Shown here piece after piece: positions 53,871 through 64,000 of a stretch of 64,000 bases of DNA. Numbering within the stretch: position 1 is the first letter of the stretch; each line of letters opens with the position of its first letter. The notes under the pieces are model-generated. The model did no database searches. It saw nothing but the letters and a program-made list of their open reading frames with translations, and was not told where the DNA came from. The translations under genes and the position numbers were made by a program. Source of the stretch: Eledone cirrhosa (lineage: Eukaryota); contig OZ024742.1 in assembly GCA_964016885.1 (NCBI GenBank), forward strand, positions 39,804,001 to 39,868,000. The letters are read 5' to 3'.

Positions 53871-55657
53871 CCACCCCCCACCCCTGAGAAAAAATAATAA
53901 TGTCACTGTATTTTATCATAAAAATTTACCTGATCAACCTAGGGTTGAATAATAACAATATCTGCAATAATATTCATAACCTATTGTTTAGTCTAGCAGT
54001 TCCCTATCTGGAGAACGTGGACCCCAAGAGGTCCGTAAAGGTGATACCAGGGGGTCTGTGAGCTAAGCTCAATTTTTCAAATGCTTTGTCAAAACCATAA
54101 TATACCCATATTATTGGGTATCCATTCTTCTCTAAGTATGAACATTTCCCTCTTTCGATTGTTATCCTCGCTGGATAACAACCAGGGAGGGGGTAATTAT
54201 AGCAGGCAGAAGGGGATAATTTAATAAAAGTAGTAGTACAGCCCTAACATCTTAAAAAGGGAAAATATACATTGTATGTATGTATGTTACAGCTCACACC
54301 TATGCTGGCCTCCTCCAGGTTATATCTCATTGGAGGTGTCTTGGGTGATTTAATGATAGGGACGCCAGTCCTATCATCTCATTTCTACAGCTGAGTAAAC
54401 TGGAGCAACGTGAAATAAAGTGTCTTGCTCAAGGAAGCAACACATCACCTGGTCCGAGAATTGAACCCACAACCTTTCGATTGCACAAAAATATACATTA
54501 GAAGGAATGGATCTCCGTCGGTTACGACGATGAGTGTTCCGAGTGTTTAAACAAACAGAACTCGTGAAATTTACGTACAAGTTGCTGAGCATTCCACATA
54601 CCTTCTCCATTCTGTCCTCCGGGACCGTGGGGCGGCCAGCGCGTGGGACCCTATTTACTCATAATAAATAGTGACAGATGGGGAGGGTGAGAGAGATGGA
54701 GGTGATGATAGTGGGAGTTCGGCTCCTCTGTATTCGGACCTGGTGTACGTGTGTAGTGTGTATGAGTGTTTGCTTCTAGTCATTCAATAGAAAACGTGCT
54801 ATATATATATATTTCTCTATCACCACTCATTCTGGTTTTCATCAGTATCATTTCTTTTACTTTATCCTTAAAGTAATTTTGAAGGAGATTCATAAGAACA
54901 ACTCACTTTTTTCTCTCAGCTGAGGGGATTAGTGCAATATGAAATAAAGCGTCTCGTTCAAAGACACAACGCGTCATCCGGTTCGAGAACTGAACAAACG
55001 ACCTTACGTTCATGAGTCTAGCATGCTAACCATTTAGTCACACCCCTTAACAACAACAACAATAATAATATATCCATATTAACATTCACAACGTATTCTT
55101 TAAACCACACTGAGACAATGAATGTATTTTTAAGTTCATTTATCTTGATTTATTATTCGCTAGCAAGTTGTCAAGGTGTCATTAAACACTTCCTCTTGAC
55201 CTTTCGACACTAGTCTAAAATTGGCAGATGGTCAAAGGTTACTACTAGCTTTGCTACATGTTCTTTTTTCTTTCTTTCTTTTTCTTTCTTTCTTTTTTCT
55301 TTCTTTTTGTCTGACTCATGTATGGTATTTGGGACAAACACCAGCCGTATGGCAAAACTACTAACGGGTAATGAACACACAAACAATTTAGATATACACA
55401 GCGTGTATTCATCGGATTCGTACATGTACACACACCAACTATCTCACACACACATATACAATAATGAATAGATTTATAAAAAAATATATATGTATATGTG
55501 TGTGTGTGTGTGTATGTGTGTGCGTGTGTGTATAGGTATGTATATATGGATATATATACATACACGCGCACACACACAGACATATTAGGTTCACGTTTCG
55601 AGGAAGTGGAGGAGATTTCAACTCTTCGGACAGAAGTCTTTCTTCAGGAAAGTTAGA

Positions 55658-55713
<56 letters not shown>

Positions 55714-56363
55714 TGAAAAACCAGGCAACATTAGTTTAGGTTTCAATAGAGTTGTGTAATCGCCTACAAAAGCTTAATTGTTATGTAATCTCGCACTGCG
55801 TAGTTAAATCCTGTATAGCATAAGAGAAAATATGGAGTGGAAGAAACGAAAGTAAATGGATAAATATATAATTTCATTTTAAATAAAATGTTTCTTAAAA
55901 AACGCAGGCAGTCCTTCACCTCACATCATCGAAATCATTTTACTTACCAAATTATATAATATTAAAATCCATTCGCTCCCAATAATATGAAGAATGCTTG
56001 TAATCCCATAACAAAATAGGTGATAATTTCTTCAGCATAGATTGGTCATGGAGAAATTGGGAGAAGAAAGTTACCTGCTTTATGCGTTCAAGAATTTCAC
56101 AGAAGGAAGAAGACACTACAAGCCTGACAACTCTTCACTCTCACACACGCATTTACTCACAAATATATATATATATATTTTAGTCTTCAAATTTATTATT
56201 ACTATATATATATATATAGAAAATTTAGTATATCTACCAACATATGCGTACAGATGTACACTAATGCTAGCAAATACATAGGTTATGTCATAGTACCTAG
56301 GTGGTTCAATGCAGGAGGTTTTTAATTAAAAAAATTTTTTTTTTTATTTTCTTATTTTACGTC

Positions 56364-56421
<58 letters not shown>

Positions 56422-56429
<8 letters not shown>

Positions 56430-56802
56430 CAAAATATTAATAAATGAAATATATGTTTTATTATATATATATTTCGAAGGTACCGTGCTGTTTTTTCAGT
56501 ACGTCTTCGTCAGATAAAATACAGAAAATACCTATACTGCCAATACTGGAATTGAACCATCAAGACCGTTGAGGTATGTCATACATCAATTCATGTATTT
56601 TATCTGACGAGAACGTACTGAAAAAACACCACAGTACGTTCGAAATATATATAATAAAACATATATTTGATTATGTGAATGTCTTCATTTATTAATATTT
56701 TGAATAATATTTATAACTCCAGAAAACTTCTTTGTAGAGTGCTTTTAATCTATTCTAAAACTATATTCATTGAGTAATCAATGAACCATATTAATCTTTG
56801 GT

Positions 56803-56805
<3 letters not shown>
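56422..56805 (+). mobile_element. PLE-type terminal remnant with inverted copy (back-to-back hammerheads)
   Basis: Inverted repeat 56422-56523 / 56594-56710 with a 70-bp spacer; (TA)n on both sides. Confidence 0.7.
56598..56659 (+). ncRNA. Type I minimal hammerhead ribozyme
   Basis: ttttat-CTGACGA-gaacgtactg/cagtacgttc (perfect 10-bp stem II)-GAAA-TATATA-TA-ataaaa. Confidence 0.8.
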
Positions 56806-56833
<28 letters not shown>

Positions 56834-56904
56834 CAAGGAAACGACAAGCAGATGGACAGAGAGTCTTATTAGTTTCACGCTTTATATGGATAAGGGGAAA
56901 GAAA

Positions 56905-56939
56905 ATTCGACGTGTCGGGCTTTAGCTCTTCTTCAGGAG
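56905..56939 (-). ncRNA. Degenerate hammerhead (GAAA changed to GACA) in a PLE terminal remnant
   Basis: Minus strand ctc-CTGAAGA-agagc-taaa-gccc-GACA-cg-TC-gaa. Confidence 0.45.
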
Positions 56940-57753
56940 TACAAAATATATGTATGCAGCAGCAATCTTCAAAATTCAGAGTGGCAACAGATATTAATCT
57001 TAGTAATATAATCAGGGGCGGTGGAAGCATTTCTGAATTGGTGGGTGGGAATTTGGTCAATTTAGTTGTAGTGATTAGTTTAGCTGTTATTATCAAATAT
57101 CAACCCAGATATAAAACACTTCGATATACGATAAACATAACATGTACATAAATTGTAGCGTATATACAAATAGAGGTGTGTTTTGGTAGTTCGGGAGAAA
57201 ATATAATTATTGGTGAGGGGAGGGCCTGCCCAGTCCACCGCCCCTGATGTTAAATATGTTATTCTCTACATTGGTATTGAGCACTTTTTCCGCGTATTTG
57301 TAAACTTAAGCATACAGATAATAGATACAGACATACGTACACAAGCATAAATATATATACACACACACACTCACACACACGCAAATACTTACATGTATAC
57401 ATACATACTAACAATATACATACATACATACATACATACATACACATACATACATTCATACAAGCACGGAAATACATAAATACACACACACGTAAATACA
57501 TACTAACAACATACATACACATATACATACATACATACACATACATACATTCATACAAGCACGGAAATACATACATACACACACACATAAATACATACAT
57601 GCATACATACGTACTACTAACCTATGTACATACATACATACATACATACATACATACATACATACACATACATACATTCATACAAGCACGGAAATACATA
57701 CATTCACACACACACGTAAATAGATACTAACAACATACATACATATATACATA

Positions 57754-58356
57754 CATGGTGGCTAACAACTCGTTTTCGAGTACGGCCACTACTTTATATC
57801 CATGTAGGAGAACCCCTACCGATGCGCTGAACAAGTGTGACTTTTTAGTCCAGCCAGCGACTTGAAAACTCTGGTACAGACACTACACTTGTGACAATTA
57901 TTGACACATAGTGATGGGCCCATGGTACCATGTAACGACAAGTGCAGAGAGATCTCCAGATATAAAGCAATGCCTGTGCCGTGAAGCTTTTATAGTGAGC
58001 AAAGGCACTGCACAAAGCCAGTCCCACTCTCTTAACCAAGATGATATTTACCAAAAAGAAGAACAAGTCAACATCATTGGATACCATCAGGGTTGCAGGT
58101 GTTATATCAGAGTTTTCCTTCTCCTGGAATTCTGCCTTGACAAAGGCTAAGGGGTCATCTCTCACGGTGATTTTGGATGGCCATTAACTCTTAAGAGCTC
58201 CTTTGCCCTTTGACAGGTTTTGCTTTTAGTCTTGCAGGATGTCCAAAGTCACCCTCCTCACCAAGAAACCCCTTGGTGGGTTGCCAGTTTAGTCGCCAAC
58301 GACCCGACCATGAGACAGGTTGTGCTGGGATACATGTTACCAACTGGTGACCTGAC
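57754..58356 (-). mobile_element. Non-autonomous RTE-derived element, family C (copy 2)
   Basis: Near-identical to 40817-41428; embedded in (TACA)n. Confidence 0.75.
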
Positions 58357-59031
58357 ATATACATACATACATACATACATACATACATACATACATACAT
58401 ACATACATACATACATACATACATACAAGCACGGAAATACATACATTCACACACACACATAAATACATGCTAACAACATACATACATATATACATACATA
58501 CATACATATATACATACATACACTACATACATTCATACAAGCACGGAAATACATACATACACACACACACATAAATACATACATGCATACATACGTACTA
58601 CCACCATACATACATACATAGAATGGAAAAAAATGTTAAAGCGATATTTAACTCTGATTATCAGGAAAATAAATATAATAAAAGAAAGTCCTGAAAGTAA
58701 TACCCTACATACGGTTTAATCTACAATCTGTTAAAGGGGTTTATTTTACTAACACAAACACTAAACAAAACACAACGGCTAACTTGATTGAAAAGATTGC
58801 ACAATGGTGCAATAGTTTATTTTTTCTGAGTAACGTTTGTTTTTACATCTGATTTTTTTATCTTTTTCACAGCGATGGTTATGGAAGTGGAGCTTGTTCT
58901 GGTTAGTAATGGCGGTGGTGGTGATGGTGGTGGTGATGGTGGTGGTGATGGTGGTGGTGGTTGCATCGGAGGATGGATCGGTGAGGGTGGCGGTTGGGAA
59001 GTTAGGAAATGAGTTATTACAAAATATTATG

Positions 59032-59070
<39 letters not shown>

Positions 59071-59095
59071 CTCTCTCTCTATATAAATATATATA

Positions 59096-59246
<151 letters not shown>

Positions 59247-59346
59247 AGCTGATGCCTGTTTTCCGTTCTGGGGTCTTATACGCCCTGTTATATGACTATT
59301 TTCAGAAGTTAAACATACGGTGAAAGCTACTAATTCTCTCACTCTC

Positions 59347-59736
<390 letters not shown>

Positions 59737-59741
<5 letters not shown>

Positions 59742-59934
59742 AACAAGTATGACCCCGACGGCAGACCTCATGCCGTTTCGACGGCTATTTCAGGACTGTC
59801 CAGAATTAGCCGTCGGAACGGCTTGAGCTCTGCCGTCGGGGTCATACTTGTTCCTATTACCCACTCTACTACCCTAAGTATTGAGTACTTTGGTGCGTTA
59901 TGGGCCATCTGGTTCCTTACCACAATTCCCTCGT

Positions 59935-59936
<2 letters not shown>
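59737..59936 (+). mobile_element. PLE-type terminal remnant starting with a 121-bp palindrome (59737-59857)
   Basis: Palindrome centred on 59797; each arm carries a hammerhead 3' half; (TA)n on both sides. Confidence 0.65.
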
Positions 59937-59966
<30 letters not shown>

Positions 59967-60069
59967 CAAAGAACAAAACAAAAACAAGGAGTGCAGTTAC
60001 GAACAGTGTTGGTATTAGGTTCACGCTTGAGAGGGGGGGGGGGGGAATATATATATATATATATATATA

Positions 60070-60300
60070 TAGTGGTAAAAAATAGGGAGGTTTTATCTGC
60101 AGTCAGTAGAACACTCAGTCCAGTGGACGAGTTCTGTATAGAGTTAGTTCCACAACAAATTAGGAAACTATACTCGAGGACGCGCGTTTCATCCTAATCC
60201 TAACCCAACCCAACCGATTTTCAGCACAACCTCACTTGTGTTGAAAATCCGTTGGGTGAAACGCGCGTCTTCGAGTATGGTTTGCTAATTTGTTGTGGAA
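60070..60300 (-). mobile_element. PLE-type terminal remnant with a palindrome of about 150 bp (60148-60300)
   Basis: GAAACGCGCGTC present on both strands around a central hairpin. Confidence 0.6.
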
Positions 60301-60587
60301 ATAATTAAGGAGAAGCACATGATTTGCCTACAGCATATCACATAAACGCAAATTCATCTGAACGTAAATTTGGTGTGAAAACAACAAAAACAAGAATAGA
60401 GCACTCTCATAAACGATAATTTATGAATGTAACATGTTTTAATATCTTGCATATATAACATAGAAATAAACAGAACAATGAAAGTATTACATTACATTAG
60501 TAATACACGGTACAACATAGCCTGTTCAACATTGTTTCGGGTCTTGAGAAACAGGACTAATTAGCATTATTAAATGGATAATTTAAT

Positions 60588-60774
60588 AAGGGCGGTGAAT
60601 TGGCCGTATCGGTATAGGGTTGGGCGCCAAGCTTTCTAGCATAGTTACGTCCCTTTACGGTCTGAGTTCAAATCCCGTCGAGGTTAACTTTGCCTTTCAT
60701 CCTTATGGGGTCGATAAAATAAAATACCAGTAATGAATTAGGTAATTGCTGGCCTTGTGCCAAAAGTAGAAACA
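60588..60774 (+). mobile_element. Family A SINE with 18-bp TSD
   Basis: TSD attattaaatggataatt at 60566-60583 and 60775-60792. Confidence 0.9.
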
Positions 60775-61098
60775 ATTATTAAATGGATAATTAGTAAACA
60801 TGTATATATAAACATATGCCTCGTTTCATCGATTTTCGTTTTCAGTTAGAAGCACCTTGGGTTGTGCATACACTCTTTGTTTGTTTGGGGGCGTATTCAG
60901 TCGAAACGACACTCTCTGTCCTATGTTATCATATTTTACCATGTTGCAATCTGGTAGGCATGATCCTAACTGTAAAGAACCGAAATCATTGCGATCTCCA
61001 GTAGTTAGCTGACATGTTTTATTCCCGTTGTCCGTCCTTGCTGTGCGTGCTATGTTTTTAATTATATACATATATATATATATATTTCTATTTCTCTA

Positions 61099-61163
<65 letters not shown>

Positions 61164-61462
61164 CGAGTGTGTGTGTAAGTGTCTGTGTGTGTATGTACAT
61201 ATGTATATATATTTGTATATAATTTAAAACATGAGCACGCACAACATCTATATACACACATATATACACGTAATTGGGAGAAGGGGGAAAACTAAATTCA
61301 GTTAACAGAAAATGTTGGATATAATGTTACCAGGAAATACTCCAATTTTGTACATTAAACAAAAATATATATTTTATAATAGCTTAACTTTGACAAGAAC
61401 AAATAAAGAACCCATTGAAATACTGGTGAGCGTTTGAGGCTTCTAAACACGTGATGATCATA

Positions 61463-61496
<34 letters not shown>

Positions 61497-64000
61497 ACAG
61501 ATGTGTGTGTGTGTGAGAGAGTGTGTGTGTGTGTGAGTGTATGAGTGTGTGTGAGTGTGTGTGTGTGTGTGTGAGTGAGTGTGTGTGTGTGTGTATATGT
61601 GTGTGAGAGAGAGAGTGTGTGTGTGTATCTGTGTGCGTGTTGGGCCTCAGTCGGTTCTTACAACGTATATTCCAGTTGCTTGATCAACAGAGCAACCTGT
61701 TCTTAAAAGTAACATACATGTGGCTGAGTAAGTCTATTAGAAACATGTGTACGTCTAACGTTATTCTCAGGGAGATTCAGTATGACACAGCGTGGGACTA
61801 CAGGTAGAGTCCATTCGACGGGCTTCCAAGCAGTTTCCGTCTACCAAACTTCCCTCACAAGACATGAGTCGACTCGAGACCCGGGACGACCTTCGAAACC
61901 ATACGACCAAGCTACGTTCACCAAATCTATAACCTTACGAATAATACACCTAACACGATTCAGCAAGGGATCTTATATGTGGTTGTTCGATCAGCTAGAA
62001 ATAGCAGCCATCGGCAGGAAGCTGTTGGCAGACAATATTTGGTTAATTGCTTTATATATAATAGTTTCTAATTTACGCATAAAGCCAATCATTTTTAAGA
62101 GATCGGGTAAGTCAAATAAATCGACTTCAGTACTTGACTAGAACTTTATTTATCGACCCCGGAAGAATGAAATGTAAAGTGTCGATATGATGGGCTGTTT
62201 TCTTCTCCGTTCATAATTTTGGGCCTTATGTTCATAAAAAATGTTACTGGATTCCAGTGGTGCAGTGTTTTCGACGTGGAACCATATTCCGAATGGAATG
62301 TAAATTGCACTACAAAATTTACTTGAGGCCCAATACTTATGTGAAAGTTCTCCCCAGAAATTTTGAATCTGAAGCCAGTTCGGGTTAAAGCTATTCTACC
62401 GATTCGATTAAAAATGCAACACTAACTTCAATTGAAAAAAAACACAAACACTTCTACAATGTCCTACATACGCGTGGTTGAGCAGTTAAAAAAGTTTCCT
62501 CAAAATTATAAGGTTCTGGGTTTGATCTCACTGTTTGATATTTTGATCAAGTGCTTTTACTGTAACTTCTGTTCAACCCAAACCTAGTGAGTAAAATAGG
62601 TTTAGATTAGACGTAAACTGTGTAGAAGCTCGTCCGATGGATTTTACCTGTAATGTAAATGCCCGGCTTTGTCACGTATTGTCTCACGCTGATTCGGTTT
62701 GGGAATTACGTTAAATCTGTGAAATACTCAACCACTTATACTCTAAATCATAAGTTTGATGTTGATTGAACGACTGAATGCTTACCGTCGAAACTGACGG
62801 AGTTTTCATCATCATCATCGTCTTACAAATATTAGTTTACTTCCAATATAATCTATCTTAATGAAATTCCATGAAGTAACTCAATATTATCCAACCTCCT
62901 TTTCTCCATCTGGTCACATCACGATGACATCTTTGACAAGCAATATGCACTTCTCGTGAGATTTTCGTGGGAGAATACAAACGTGGCTTCCTATTGCCTC
63001 ATCTCAAGTGTTTTTTTTTTTTTTTTTAGAGTGAAAGCGAATGAAAGAATAACCCATATTCTATCCCCCTCTCTAATGTCTGTCAATTCACAGCCTTGAC
63101 GCTATGAAACGAGCCGATTCAATTGTGAAGGTGCGTGGCTTACTGTTTATGGTGATTGACTCACGAACAGAGCTCCGGTGGTTCGGCTCCTGAACCGGAT
63201 GCCGTATTGTGTTCTTGGGCAAGATGCTTCATTTCACGTTGTTTTCCATAATAGGGCAGCGGTCCCTGTCATTAAATCACCCAAGAAACCTATGGGATAC
63301 AAACTCATATGAGGCCAACTAAACGTAAATAAATATCAGCCGTAACTCTTATTTCATTTTTATTCTTTTTCATCTCAATTCAATTGATTGTACTCGTTTC
63401 TCTATATAAGTTAGTCACGTTGCAGGTAAAATAAGTCAATGTTACCTATTGTTATAGGGACAGTAGCAGTTATTGAAATAGCATGCGATTATTTAGGTGC
63501 AACAGTTTCATGTTGCAGCACCGGTTAACTATACTACTGTAAGACCATATGTTATTGTTGTTGATGTTGTGATGGAGCACTGTGGAAATATTCAAAACGG
63601 TGGAGCGGTTCGTATGGTGTTAAAACCTGTTAAATGATTTGACGTGAATAAATATGGACTGTGAATTGAGAATAAGGACTTAGTTATTTTCTTAGCGTGG
63701 TCAGAACAAGAAGTGTTAAAAGTAGGTTCGTCAGCTTACCAAACTGTAATTTGAAATTATTTTATTTGGGAAACGGGGCACACATTGTTGAGGTAGCCTT
63801 GAGCGCTAAATATCCAGGTGCTGACTCTGCCTGTTGCATTTGTAGGATGTTATTTGACTGGTACTTTTGCAGGGCGGGTGACCAAACACTGGCTTTCTCG
63901 TATGTTTATACAGCTGTCATGAAAATTATTGATAAAGATACTAAAATATGTATAGTAAAGAAATGTTTATAAGTCTGCTCTGAAATACGACCTGAATTTA

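Noticed and set aside
60846-60954. AG/GT-bounded candidate exon
   Set aside because: No recognisable protein in any frame

Overview
Repeat-saturated, AT-rich eukaryotic DNA. The SINE and microsatellite content suggests an octopod cephalopod, but that is inference. No intact host gene can be supported. Long non-LTR retrotransposons: three near-full-length and two 5'-truncated Tx1/L1-clade elements, an RTE (BovB-like) element ending in three C2H2 zinc fingers, Dong/R4-like RLE elements, CRE and RTE/RTE-X fragments, and a Neptune-type Penelope-like element (PLE). Short elements: tRNA-derived SINEs, RTE-derived non-autonomous elements and hAT/Tc1 MITEs. The most striking pattern is a graded series of PLE fold-back structures with loops of about 2.6 kb, 0.55 kb, 70 bp and near 0 bp. 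Several carry hammerhead ribozymes, and two are palindromes folded inside hammerhead stem II. Other notable signals: Tx1 families sitting in different microsatellites ((AAT)n vs (GATA)n), a conserved GTRAGT motif about 40 nt before ORF2 in three Tx1 families, and two RTE insertions with twin-priming-type 5' inversions. All assignments are by eye and boundaries are approximate.
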